Source: Octopus sinensis (lineage: Eukaryota). From it: a stretch of DNA of 64,000 nucleotides. The notes beneath the pieces were generated by a model, which worked only from the letters and a program-made list of their open reading frames with translations, was not told where the DNA came from and made no database searches. The position numbers and the translations under genes are program-made. Below, in pieces: positions 1 through 46,234 of this stretch (its first letter is position 1; the number at the start of each line of letters is the position of its first letter). The stretch covers positions 136,152,001 to 136,216,000 of the forward strand of contig NC_042999.1 in assembly GCF_006345805.1 (NCBI RefSeq), read 5' to 3'.

Positions 1-405
1 TTTTACACAATGAATGAATAAAGCTCATATCAAATATCAGACGTGGGTTGGTCCCATACACAGATACAGAAACGGTGTTGTAGTGTGTGCAACAAAGACA
101 GCAAAACAGTTATGTACACTGAAGACAGGTCACAATATGTACAACAGAGACAATGTGTATAACAAGGACAGCATGAGAATGTATACAAGTAAGATGGTGT
201 AGCAGAGATAGTGCCATAGTATGTGTAGGGACTGAGATGATTGGATGTGGCAATTTGAACATTGATAATTTGGCATGGCTAATGGGATATTCAACCTGTG
301 TTGGTAATAATATATTTTGCTGAAGAAGACAAATAGACAGACACATACACATGTGTGCAGAAGTATATACATGGAGAGAGAGAGGGTGGGAAGAGGCTGG
401 CAGGT

Positions 406-409
<4 letters not shown>

Positions 410-445
<36 letters not shown>

Positions 446-715
446 GAAGAGAGAAAGGGTAAAGGAAGAGAGATACAGGCAGAGAGAGAGAGAGAAGGAA
501 AGAGTGAGAGAGAGAAGGAAAGAGTGAGAGAGAGAAGGAAAGAGTGAGAGAAGGAAAGAGTGACAGAGAGAGAGAGGCAGGAGAGGGGGAGAGATGTAGA
601 AAGAGGTAGAGAGAGACACACAGGAAGAAGGAGAGAGGGTATGAGAGAGGGATAGAGTAGGAGATAGAGGTTAGAGAAGACAAGAGATATGTTAAAGTGA
701 GAGAGAGAGAAAGAC
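410..715. repeat. (GA)n compound microsatellite, representative of dozens of (TA)n, (CA)n, (TAA)n and (GAT)n tracts in the window
   Basis: Read directly. It is the source of the SLSLSL ORFs at 110-782. Confidence 0.95.
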
Positions 716-1420
716 AAAATGTTTGATAATAATAATAATAATTGTCGAACCAGCCATGCCAAAATAGGTGGCACCAAAACATCTCATACTCTTGTATACA
801 ATAGAGAGGGTGTCACAGTATGTACAATAGAACAGTATCACAAATTTATGTAACAAGGAAAGTGTCACAAATGTATGTGACAGTGTATGTGAACAGTGTC
901 ACAAATATATGTCACAAGGAAAGTGTTGATAAAGAAAGTGTCATTGTGTCAGTATCAGAGACTGTCCCATATGGTGTACAAGAATAACAATGTATATGAG
1001 ATAATATAATTGTTATAATAGTTACACTAGTTATCTAATAGTTATCATAATAGTTATAATAGTTATCATAACTTTTCTGTTATCAGTATTATAATATTGG
1101 TTTCAAATCTTGGCACAAGGCCAGCAAGTTCAGGAGAGGGGTAAGTAGATTACATTGACCCCCAGTGCTCAACCCTGAAGGGATGAAAGGCAAAGTTGAT
1201 CTTGGCAGAGTTTGAACTCAGAACATAAAGATGTATGAAATGCTACTGAACATCTTGCCTGACACAGTTACAATTCTGCCAACTTGCTGCCTTAATCAAT
1301 ATTAAAACACTGATAATAGAAATGTTATAATACCACAATAAAAGTCATAACTGGGGAAAACCAGTATTATTGAAGATGATAGTAATACCGAACATGAAAT
1401 ATTTAAAAAAAGTAATAATG

Positions 1421-1459
<39 letters not shown>

Positions 1460-2479
1460 TAATAATAATAATAATAATAGGATATCATTTTTGAATTTAA
1501 AACATTACCTTAGAAATATTTAATCAGCATTGATATTAGAATCCATAACAACAGCCTTAATGAAGTTAAATCGTGATCATAATAGTAACCTCAATTATGA
1601 TTATATTCAAGTTATAACAGTTAAATATCATAGTAGTGACCGTGCTGAAGTGGTAATTGCTGTAATAAGGCCCAGCATAATCACAGGTGAGTAGAATGAA
1701 ACCAATCAAAAGGTAAAATAAAGTCATCATTGTGGAATTATAACCAATAGTAAGTATATTATTACAGGTACTTGAGGCTTTGCCTCTTGCATGCCAAGAA
1801 GTGACATAGAATCCAAGGTACAATTGTAATTATAATGAAGCTTAAACAGTGAACATAATGAAATTATAATGATTGCATTTGCAAATATAATAAAGTTATA
1901 ATGATGATTATACTAACAGTAATAGTAACGAAGTTATAGTTGTTATCAAATAGAATTCACACGATGAAGTTATAGTAGTGATTATAATAGTGACTGTAGT
2001 GAAGTTTTCTCTTTACATTGACTTCTATGTTTATGGTTAACATTACTGTTCTCTTCAATAATGCTGTCCAACTTCTCTTCAGTCATAGATTATGGATAAA
2101 AGTTGAAAACATGAACAAAGATAAATATATCATTACACTCTTATGGTGAATTTTAATTTGAATGTGGAATTAGTACATAGATTGCAGTATGAAAGATGTA
2201 CATCAATCATTTAAAAACATACACAGACTGTTAGCTTAACATTTATTACCTTAAACATTTATTATTTTGTGTCAAATTTTTTGTCACACCAACTGCAACC
2301 TGGTTACTAATGTGATTTCACTGAAATCCAGTGAAATTCTGTTAGCGCAATGAAAATTTTGAGACCAAATAATAAATGATTGAGTGAAGTTAACAGTCTT
2401 CACGTGTTTTTGAATAGTTAATTTGTGTCTTCCATGCTGCAATCCTTTATGTTTCAACTCGTGATCTTAGATAAAATCA

Positions 2480-3030
2480 TTTGCTTGGTATGTATACCAC
2501 TGAAATTAAGAAATCACTTCATCTGATAATCAACTTTGACTATTGTAAAGACATAATTTCACTCAGATGGTCAAGTTTACCACTGAAAAGATAAAGGCAT
2601 GATTACAACCTGAAAATCAAGTTTGACCATTAAACATTTAAAGATATTAGAATCTTAATGTCAGTCTTGACCACCATAAAGATAAAGATATTATTACCCT
2701 CTTTCATTCAAAATCAACCAAAACCCCTATACTATCATGGTCGATGCTGACCAGTGAAGAATTAAATGTATCATCATAATGTGTAATGGTACATTACATA
2801 TGGTTAATTTTAACTTCTGATCATTGTAAAGATAAATATGTCATTATTTTAATCTGATGGTTAATTTTGATCATTGCAATAATAGAAATATAATTACAAC
2901 ATTCAGATCATTAATTTTAACCCCTGAAAAAGATAAAGGTATAATTATAATTGGATGGTCAATTTTGATCACTGTAAAAAAAAAATATATGCTAAGATGG
3001 TCAATTTTTGATACTGCAAAGATAAATATA
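2480..3030. repeat. Degenerate tandem repeat, unit roughly 45-60 bp
   Basis: Recurrent atggt(c/t)aa(g/t)ttt..ca(c/t)tg.aaagataaa blocks. Confidence 0.6.
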
Positions 3031-3273
3031 TCAGTCTCTTGCCATTTCTATCCAGGCACCCTCAACACACTTATCTCTCCTCTTCTCAATACTCATGTTG
3101 TGTTCAGTTCCACCAGGCTCTTTTGAACCCTACATCTCTTGAATGCTGGCCCTCTTGAACACCCCACTCTTGAACTCTGCTCTCGATTTATGACATATTC
3201 CAAGTGGACCATAGCAATAACTATAGTCTCTGACTACTAATAACATAGAAGTTTGGTTTTCTCTCTCTCTGTC

Positions 3274-3328
<55 letters not shown>

Positions 3329-3689
3329 CATACACATACATACTCATACAAAGACACACATAATTAGGATGGAAGAAAATAGAAACAATGGTATGAATGA
3401 AAGATTGTTCTGAAACTTGCAGAGATGAATAATTGATAGTCAACTTTGATGAGGGCTAGTCTAAGAATCATGATGTATTCATTCTGTCCATTGTTCTACT
3501 GCCAAGGTAGAACTTCATTTCAGTTAATTATTGCTGAACAATGATATCTTATTTTTATTACTCTAATATATAAGATGATTTCATGCAGTGATAAATTTAG
3601 ATGATTCTGTCAAATATCATGAATGTTATCACCAAAATAATACATAGTATCAGAAACAGGAAACCAATCGTATAATGAAAGGTTCTTAC

Positions 3690-35911
<32,222 letters not shown>

Positions 35912-37859
35912 CTGTTGAATAGAAGCAGAAATAGCAGTTAAAACCTCACCAGTTGAAAGGAAATAAGATACATTGAACAAAATATTCAAAGGCACAAATA
36001 TTGTAATATATAGACTCATAGAATAGGTGTGCATTATCTTACATTCAAATATCACATAAAATTCAATAAACTTATGCTTATACACACATACACATTAACA
36101 TATACACAATATGTTTTCAAAGAATACACATAATTTAATAAAAATAATGTAAAAATTCCATATTTTATGCAGCAGTAATAAAAAAAATATATTTTATTTA
36201 ATTTCTTTTGTTTAAGAAAACACATAAAATTCTTTATTTCAAGCCAGCAGCAAAAAACAGTATAATAATGTATTATTCATGTAAGATGGTAGTCATAAAA
36301 CCTTTCTGTATGGTTTGGAGAGCAAACAATTATCAGTAGCTTAAAAAAAAATACATCAATATAACGAAGAACAATTTTAACATATTGCAGCTTGAAAATT
36401 GCCAATCAGAATGAAAAGTTTTGAGAAAACTCACTGAACTATTGTAACTGAAATGATATTTACTGAGAGTGATTTCTCAGTGATATGATGAAATTAAATC
36501 TTAGAAAATGGAACCAAATTAAACAAAATATAACATTACATTTTACTTTAAATTCTACTCTAAGAGAAAACTCAGAAAAATGTTTTACTCCTGAGAAAGA
36601 GAATTAACATTTTGACAAACTAAGGAAAAGAAGAAAATAAAAATTAATTTAACAATAAATTTAGAAGATGATTTTTTTCCCCTCCCCAAATGTCTGGTAT
36701 TTCAATCTCCTTATCAACAGAAATGTAGGCAACGATATTAAATGTTTAAATCTTGGTAAATTTAATATATAAAAAAACTGTTTTGTCTAATATAATACAC
36801 TTCCTTTGCTTTTGTAGTTTTTTCCATTACAGAATATATGTGCTTGTTTTGCTGACCTGGGAAAGATCTTAAACATAAATTTATGAATTATAAAAATTTT
36901 TGCTTAATGGGGAGAATTATAAGTAAATGGGAAAAAATTTTGTTTATGAGAATAGCAGTGAAGCAAAGTTAACAACATATTCTATGAAAAATCTTAAGTT
37001 GACATGGTTATTCATACACTAAGACTATTCCTCTGACATTTATCCAATACCTTGTAGTGAATATAAACAATTCAAAAATGGCTTTGTTGTAGCTTTCTAT
37101 TATGGAATTTAGGAGGAACCTCAAAAAAAGGAAGAGACCAGATTTGGTCAGATTTAGTATATTTTGCTGAAAATGATGTAAACTAACTGTCATTTCTCAT
37201 TATAAATATAATATAGATATACTGTTCTATTTTCTCATATTGCTATCTTGATGTTGTGATCTAGTTAGGTAATATAATGTGTTTATAGAAATATGGAAAG
37301 AAAAATAAAATTTATGTTTCTATCCTCCAGACAACAATTTGAGTAAATATTCCCAAATTATTGATTTACTGATGTAAGTCTTCTTTGCCATAGACGATGG
37401 TATACTTGGAGACTACACTGATTATTTTACAGCTTATAGAAATTCATATAACAAATACTGAATAATTCTAGGACAGGCTTAAATATAGAAAACAGAAGGT
37501 GAAGAAGGGACAAAGAAATTAATAGGTGTTTAAATGCTAAAAATCTTCCCTTGATAAAAGACATTTATAACAAATTTGAAAATATAGTTGAAATTTCTTC
37601 ATTTGATAAGTTTCTTTTTTGAATAAGAATTTCATATTATTACAATAAGGCTGTGAGCTTGCAGAATTGTTAGCACACCAGGCAAAATGCTTAGCAGCAT
37701 TTTGTCTGTCCTTATGTTTTGAGTTCAAATTCTGCTGAGGTCAACTTTGTCTGTCATCCTTTTAGGGTCGATAAAATAAGTACCAGTTGAGCAGTGGGGA
37801 CAATGAAATCAGCTTTCCCTCCCTGGAAACTGTTAGCCTTGAACTAAAATTTTAAATTA

Positions 37860-37914
<55 letters not shown>

Positions 37915-37943
37915 CATTATTATCATTATAGTTATTATTATTA

Positions 37944-38273
37944 TGGCTCAGTGGTTAGAGCGTCGAGCTTATGATCGTGAGGTTGTGAGCTCGAATCCCA
38001 GACCGGGCTGCGTGTTGTGTTCTTGAGCAAGGCACTTTATTTCACGTTGCTCCAGTTCACTCAGCTGTAGAAATGAGTTGCAACATCACTGGTGCCAAGC
38101 TGTATCGACCTTTGTCTTTCCCTTGGATAACACTGGTGGCGTGGAGAGGGGAGGCTGGTATGCATGGGCGACTGCTGGTCTTCCATAAACAACCTTGCCC
38201 GGACTTGTGTCTAGGAGGGTAACTTTCTAGGTGCAATCCCATGGTCATTCATGACCGAAGGGGGTCTTTACCC
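37944..38273 (+). mobile_element. tRNA-derived SINE family A, young copy
   Basis: A-box TGGCTCAGTGG, B-box-like GCTCGAATCC, central gttcttgagcaaggcactttatttcac, tail ggtcattcatgaccgaagggggtc. Other copies lie at about 18058-18385(-), 24650-24958(-), 40287-40612(+) and 55294-55597(+). Confidence 0.82.
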
Positions 38274-38304
<31 letters not shown>

Positions 38305-38753
38305 CATGTTTTTTTCCTTCTTTCTTCAAATTTTCTTCCGTTTCTCGCCGAGTGTTTTCCATACACCTAGGGCAGAGAAGGGCATTGTATGCATTTCCAG
38401 ATTACACGCGCAAATTCAAAGATAAAATATGTATTTAAAAATTAATAACTAAATAAATTCATGGATGGATGTTATTTTCACAGCGATAGTGCTCTTCTCA
38501 GTACATGAGCCATTCCAGTTAATACGATTTTTTGCACTTCCTGTAGGGATGGTAAGCCTGGAATCATTTTCAAATAGGTTTCAGTACTTTTTTTTATCAT
38601 TCTTAGAGATCCTACAATCACTGTAGTCACCTTGAGATGCCACATTTTTTTCAACTTCTATTAGCAGGTCTTTATATTTACTAATCTTGTCAAATTCTTT
38701 CGCTGCTATATTGTGATCACAGGGAATACTCATGTCAATTAATAAACACGTCC

Positions 38754-38755
<2 letters not shown>
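38305..38755 (-). mobile_element. 5'-truncated R4/Dong-type non-LTR retrotransposon 3' end (restriction-like endonuclease plus 3' UTR)
   Basis: Minus 38755-38478 reads RTCLLIDMSIPCDHNIAAKEFDKISKYKDLLIEVEK/MWHLKVTTVIVGSLRMIKK...LQEVQKIVLTGMAHVLRRALSL*, with one frameshift in an A7 run. Both ends abut (TTA)n tracts. Confidence 0.78.
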
Positions 38756-38809
<54 letters not shown>

Positions 38810-39726
38810 CATTATTATTATTTTTCACAAATATAATTTTTTTCCATTTTTTAACCTGAAATTATAATAGCACAAATTATTTTTGGCAGTAGCCCTTATC
38901 AAATTGAATTTAAATGGCTTCAACATACAACATTTTAAGAATAATTATGTACACAAATGAAATCCACAGCATTAGTTGTGATCCAATAGCTTCAATGGCT
39001 TCACAAAATTGATTAGTTGTTAGAGTTTAACAATTATTTTATATATTCCAAATAATAAAGTATCTCTAGTGATGCTTCCAATGCTAATGCATGTTTAAAA
39101 ACCTGTTCAAATAAAAAACAAAAAAAACCATTTCCAACTCATGCTTGCAAGGAAAGCAAATGTAAAATGATGATGATGAAAAAAAATGAAAAAAAAACAC
39201 TTTCACCTCATGCTTACAAGAAAAGTGAACATGATGATGACGCTGAGGAGGAGGATGATAACGATGACAAGGTGGAGGTGGAGAGTGGTGACTTGTATAA
39301 AAACGATATAATTTAATGTAATTTCAAAATTAAAGCTTGCCTTGAGAGTATGTGACTCTGAAAATTAACATATCACAATTTTCACTAAGTTCAACTTCAG
39401 TTTTGAGGTCATCTACACCGTGAAAGCATCAACATTTATGATTTGGTTGTGTAGGTTTTATCATTTTCTCTACCGTAATCTATGTAATTATTGCTGAATA
39501 AAATATCTGTTTATATGCAATTAGGAAATTTTGCAGACTGAATCTTGCTAAAAAGAAAATTAAATGTAATTCTATTGAAACATTTGTAAATTTACTAAAA
39601 TCAATTAATCTAATTCATTTCATAACCGGTTGGGACATTTGACATCTCTCACTTGCAATATCTTTTTAACCTTTTAAGGCTTTAACTTCAGTCAAGTGAA
39701 GTCTTGCAGGGAAATTAATACAAGGT

Positions 39727-40156
39727 TTGCAGGAATGGCTATGTGGTAAGAGCTTTTTTACCAAGCACATGGTTTCAGGTTCAGTCCCATTGCATGGCAC
39801 CATGGGCAAGTGCCTTCTACCATAGCCCTGGGCCGACCAAAGTCTTGAGTGGATTTGGTAGACAGAAACTGAAAGAAGCCCATCGTATGTATGTGTATGT
39901 ATATATATATATATATATAATATATATATATATATGTATATATATGTTCGTGTCTCTGTGTTTGTCTCCCTACTACCATCACTTAACAATCAATGCTGGT
40001 GTGCTTATGTCCCTGTAACTTAACAGTTTGGCAAAAGAGACCAATAGAACAACTACTAAGCTTAAAAAGAATAAGTCCTGGGGTCAATTTGTTCTATTAA
40101 AGGTGGTGCTCCAGCATGACTGCAGTCAAAAGACTGAAACAAATAAAAGAATAAAA
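39727..40156 (+). mobile_element. SINE family B copy
   Basis: Colinear with 61994-62380. Confidence 0.8.
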
Positions 40157-41587
40157 GCAATATAGAACAAAGTAATATTTAACTGTAGCGTGTGGTGACT
40201 AGTACTGGTGCATCTACATCTTCCACATATGTAAATTCCCAGTGCAATGAGAAAAATGAAATTTGTAATTCTTGTGTTATAGCATTGGCACATGGCTCAG
40301 TTGCTAGTGTCGGCCTCACAATCATGAAGTAGTAAGTTTGATTCCTGGACTGGGGTGTGTTGTGTTCTTGAGCAGGGCACTTTACTTCATATTGCTCCAG
40401 TTCACTCAGCTGTAGAATGAGTGGCGATGTCACTGGTGCCAAGTTGTATTGGACTTTGCCTTTCCTTTGGATAACATCAGTGGCAAGGAGAGGGGAGGCT
40501 GGTATGTATGGGCAACTACTGGTCTTTCATAAACAACCTTGCCCAGACTTGTGCCTTATAGAAGAACTTTCTTGGTGCAATCCCATAGTCATTCATGACT
40601 GAAATGGGCTTTTTTTCTTTTTATGGAGTGGTAGTATGATGCAACACCAATTTTTCTGCAGCCTTGGTTCAAGACCTGTGCCAGATTATTCATTTTGCTA
40701 GATTAAAAGATGTCATGTAATAATAATTCTGAATAAATTCCTAGAAGACTGCTGCTATGTTATTAATAACTTTCTCACAACTAAACATTCATGATGCACA
40801 TTTGTTTATTCATTGGAAACATGTTATGAATTGGAAACATTCTTCCAATCCTTCAGCTATAATAGTAACACTTACCACCAAACCACTGGGCCCCTGCTAG
40901 ACTTCTTTGAAATATAACTGTGAAAGAGCATATATTTACCTTTCCCTCTTCCATGCTGAGATATTGAATTCTCTGCATTGAAGGTAATTTGCCTATTAAT
41001 TTGCTTTTCATAATGAGAGTATTCCTTTGGAGGTTAGCAGAGAAGGTAGACTTTGCATGCTGCAAGTGTACAAGGTAATGATTACTAAAGCATATCCAAA
41101 ATAGACTCTCACCAATGCCTAAGTGGCTCTATAAAAGTATTCACACATATAATTAATCAGGTTCTACATGGTGTCATATCCAATGACTGGTGTAGGCATC
41201 ATTATAGTTAGCTATTACAAGGATAAAGGAAATGCCTAATATAGTGGTAATTACAGATATCATACTACCAAGCAAATGCTTTCTTCTATAGTCCTGGGCC
41301 AACCAAAGCTTTGTGAGTAGATTTGGTAGATGGAAACTGAAAGAAGGCCATTTCATGTTTGTGTATTATTGTTATTCATTTTCAATCTTCTGCAAAATCA
41401 TGTCTGGCCATTGGGAAATATTACCTTGCTTGGAAACGAGTGAGGGTTAGTAACAGGAAGAGCATTCGGCCACAGAAAATCAGTCTCAATATACTCCATC
41501 CAACCCATGCAAGCATGGGAAAGGAGGTGTTAAAATAACAATGATAATATATATGTATATGTGAGTAGAAATATCCGTGTATGTATG

Positions 41588-41637
<50 letters not shown>

Positions 41638-43545
41638 GTGTATGCACATGGATTGGGGTGTTGTGCTCATGATCAGAAGATTGTGGTTTGGAATCCCAGA
41701 CTGGACAATGTATAGTGTTCTTTAGTTAAACACTTCGTTTCACATTACTCCAGTGCACTAAGTGGGCAAAAATGAATAATCCTGTGATGGACTAGAGTCT
41801 TGTCCAGGTAAGGGTGGAATATAACTGCCACAGAACCTTATGAGCCTATGGCTCAGGAAGGACCTTTGATCCTAGTTTGATATATGTGTATGTTTTCATA
41901 CTGTTACAGTCAAGTCTACAAGACTTTTTTTATAGTCTCTCATCTCTTTAGTACATCTATCACTCACCTCTCTATTGCACATCCTTCTTATTAGACCTTT
42001 TTTATCATTCATCTGTCTATCACTTAACAGTCTAATGTGCATGTTGTTGATACTCATTTCTCAATCACTCTCTTCTTCTTCTTCTTCTGGTACTGCTGCT
42101 GCTGCATTTCCTCCTCCTCATTATTATGGCATTAAACTGCTATCAGGACTCTTCTGCTCATCACACATTACTTCCAGTATAACTTAAAAGGACTCATCCT
42201 GGTTCTCCCTCCAACATTCGACTCCTCTGTTTTTCATCTTTATCATCCTATCTCTCTTGTCTATCTCAAAGTATACGCATGAAGGACCTTGTCTTATGTA
42301 CACCATACACTCTTACCTACACTTCCTGTGACCACACTTATACACATACATGCACACATCCCTACACACACACATACACACACACACAAAAAGTTGAAAT
42401 TTTTTGGTATCATTTATTCACCATTACACATGTTTTATTTGCTGATAGGTATCACAAAGTTGTACATGTTGGATAAACATGTAAGAAATTTTTTATAAGA
42501 AATTTTTCAGATAGAGAATCAAATAATATAAAGTTTAGATTTTACCCTACCTGTTTTCAGTTTTCTATGTAGAAAAAACATGTCTGGGCTATTTATTGTT
42601 CAATAGACTGGGGAATCATCTTATTTCAAAACAAATGGGAATTAGCAACAGGAAGGGCATCTGGCTGTAGAAAATTCTGCCCTAACTTACTTATATAACC
42701 CATGCAAGCATTGAAAAGTAGACATTAAAAGTATTATTATTATTGTTGTTGTTGTTGTTGTTGTTATCGTTATTATGGTGATGATGATGAGTATGTATGT
42801 ATGTACATTGAATCATATTTTATATTTTACCATTTCTTTAAACAATTATTCTTTAGAGTTCTTTTGAAAATTGACAATTTTTCTTACAAATAATGTCCGT
42901 TATGTTTTTGGAGATGTAATGATGAAAATGAAATAAGAAAAAAATGAAAGAAAATAAAGCAATGATATAAGCAATGAAGATTTTTTAGAATATCAATAAT
43001 TCTAACTTTAAATATGTTGTGAGAACGTACAATCATATTTAAAGTAAGGAAAAAACATAAATACACATAAATGAAGTTAGATTGAAATGTCAGACATCAT
43101 TTTTTAAAATCGGTTTCTGCATTATTTTAAATAATTCAAAGCTAACTGTTCATTTAATCAAACTAAAATCACTCTGTCCCTGTCTCTCTCTCTCTTTCTC
43201 TCACACACATACATACACACAACTTTTTTGTCTTGTCTATTTGTTTTATTTCACTCTTTTCTCTAAACTATTTGTTTTAAGTGGTAGAAACAACATCAGA
43301 TCCACTGTCATGATGTGATAGTGGATTTCTTTGTGCTGAAATCTTACAAAAGCCATGCACAAACACATAAATTATGTATGTATGTGTGTCTGTGTGTGTG
43401 TGTATATTAAAGAACACAAATGGGGCTCAAAATTCACAACAGCTGTTTCAGCAAAATTTTATTGATGCATTCTTATATTACATCATGGCAAAACCCTACC
43501 ATGGTAGTTGGTGAACTGGTCATCTTACCTGTTTATATGCTTAAG

Positions 43546-43626
43546 ATTTACCTGATGATGGTGAGTTTTTGTCATAATGTAATCTAAGACTGCATCAATA
43601 AAATGCTTCCAAAACAGCTATTGTGT
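43546..43626 (+). ncRNA. Decayed hammerhead-like motif within an inverted repeat
   Basis: atttac-CTGATGA-T-GG..(about 50 nt)..CC-AAAAC-AGCT-ATT-gtg. The opposite arm, read on the minus strand, keeps GAAAC-AGCT-GTT-gtgaat. Confidence 0.45.
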
Positions 43627-43998
43627 TCTTCTTTTATACATATGCTACTCTTAGAACCATTCTTGGGTTAGATCTGCAGTTCATATTGGATTGGGTACCT
43701 ATGTATTTATGTATCTGTCTATATGTATATTTATATGAATAGATAGATGTAATGTACATATACATACTTACTACCAATATACTACCAATAAATAGCAACT
43801 AAGAGTTGCTTCAATCTACAGCTGGCTCAACACTAAGTAACTAGCCAATCCTGGTGCCCTACATATTGATATACTTAGATTCTAATGAATCCTGCAACTG
43901 AGATCCTCATCATCATCATTTAATGTCCGCTTTCCATGCTAGCATGGGTTGGACGATTTGACTGAGAACTGGCGAACCAAATGGTGTGGGTATACGTT

Positions 43999-44030
<32 letters not shown>

Positions 44031-46164
44031 TATATCAGACAAGAACCGGTGCATTCACCATAATACGACCATTGGATGTCGATTTGAGGGAGAGAGTGAC
44101 CTAAAATGTGGCATGAACATTTGATCACTATAAACAAAGGTCATTTGGCAAAAGCAGAATGCTCATATGTCATCTTCGATGGGAGAGTCCATTATATATA
44201 CATCATCATCATCATCATCATCATTTAGCGTCCGTTCTCCATGCTAGCATGGGTTGGACGGTTCAACTGGGGTCTGTGAAGCTGGAAGGCTTCATCAGGC
44301 CCAGTCAGATCTGGCAGTGTTTCTACGGCTGGATGCCCTTCCTAATGCCAACCACTCCGTGAGTGTAGTGGGTGCTTTTTACGTGGTATGTGTATATATA
44401 TAGTGTATGTGTGTGTGATGTATGTATGTATGTATGTATGTATATATATATATATATGTATATATGTATATAAATATATATATATATAGTGTGTTGTGTG
44501 CATGTATGTATGTATATGTATGTATGTATATATATAGTCATCTTCAGTGACTGCAGTGTGTATGTGTATATATGTATGTGTGAGAATGCATCTGTATGCA
44601 AGTCAATAGTATATCAGAGAGGATTCAACTTGCAGGCCTGCCATTGAGTTCATGAGAGAGAGAGATAGAGAGATAGAGACCGATCTAATGTACTGGGTAT
44701 AAACATAAACACACATACATGTATACATACACATTATATATGTGCATGTAAAGTTTAGCATTCTGTATTGTCTGTACAAAAGGATTATTTATGAAAAAGA
44801 CATTTTTCCTCTCCTATCATATCTATTTTGCATGTAAAGCATAGAATGGAAGTTTCAAATCTAGTTAACATTATGTATTCTGTTCTGTACTGTTGTTTCT
44901 ATTTTAGTCCCCATCACCTGCAGATGGCGCATTCTTACATCTTCACATTTCATTGCTATAGCTCATAGACAATAAATAAATTTAAACCAAACACAAATTT
45001 TTCAGAGTTATGTATATATATATTGGTTGTCAGACATAACTCTGTATATACATAGTTATTCAGATATAACTTTGGAAAACTAAACTTAATTTTAAATTCC
45101 TTAATTGTCCATTAGGTGCACTGATGTCTGTCTGCAAATGATGAATACTGAGAAAACAATTGCGAATAAAATTTTAAACTTCAGTTAGATTTGAAACTTC
45201 ATTCTATGCTTCACAGAAGATGAATAAAATGATGGGAGAGAAAAAAATAGAATAGACTTATGTGCTTCATAATTAAAAAAAATTATTATTTCATGTTCTC
45301 ATATGACATCAATGACATATAATTCTTGCTGGTATTTCTACAAGAGATTTGCATTTGAGTCCCATGGGCAGCCTGCAAGTTTTTCTATTCAAAAGCAATT
45401 TTCTATCCAATATTTACATGCACTTTCTTAAAGCTTTATGTTCTCTGCAATCCACTCTTTCAAAAAAGAATACCTAACATTATATATATTAAACTTAAAC
45501 TTAGCCCTTCCCACATTGTGAGATGCATAATGCAGCAAGCTTCCTCCAACATGTTTGATCTACAGTTGCTACCATTCTTATCTGATTGGTCTTAATGCAT
45601 TTGAAGTCTCTCTGGAATGCCTGACACTAGGCATTCTTGGACTGACTTCTTTGCTCTTTTCTTTCTTTTGGCATCCATGTCTTTGCAGTTTTTGCATACC
45701 AAGTAGTTTTTGGTAGGTATAAAACATCACTTGTCAGCCAAAACTGTTTTTCAATGCCTAGGATTGATTTTGCAAAAAAGATTTCCTTATTTGTAATTCT
45801 ATTTTGTCAGGTGACTGTGGGGCTTTTCTATAGATATATCAAGGACGTTATCCACTTCGTTGCTAGCTTTGCTGATACTTTCCCTCATTCCACTGCTATA
45901 CACAATAATTGGCAGAACAAATTCTGTTTGACTGATGGAAATATGAGTATCACTGAAGCAGATACACATACATGATGATACACATGTATATCTGAAACAA
46001 CATGATCTGGGGTTTGGTCCCACTTTGTGTCATTATGAGGGCAAGTTTCTTCTGCTAAGCTTCAGGTTGACCAATGACTAGTGAATAATTTTGTTGAAAA
46101 AAAAGTATGCAATGTGTGTGTGTGTTTACATATGTATGTGTGTGTGTTGTGTGTGTGTCTATAC

Positions 46165-46234
<70 letters not shown>

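Noticed and set aside
110-782. Long ORFs rich in [12 protein letters not shown] or HTHT here and throughout the track (for example 14795-15154, 58179-58691, 61666-63219)
   Set aside because: They are translations of (GA)n, (TA)n and (CA)n microsatellites, which lack stops in several frames.
1566-1823. 85-aa minus-strand ORF as the next TMEM245 exon
   Set aside because: It has no similarity to the expected ILESLW..RNVSLL segment and lies in degenerate AAT-rich sequence.
37944-38010. tRNA gene suggested by A and B boxes (also 59390-59465)
   Set aside because: There is no complete cloverleaf or acceptor stem, and the sequence continues into a SINE body present in many copies.
41973-42030. TATTGCACAT matches the first 10 nt of vertebrate miR-32, which is hosted in a TMEM245 intron in human
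   Set aside because: It is antisense to TMEM245, the remaining bases do not match, and the putative hairpin needs a 7-8 nt bulge.
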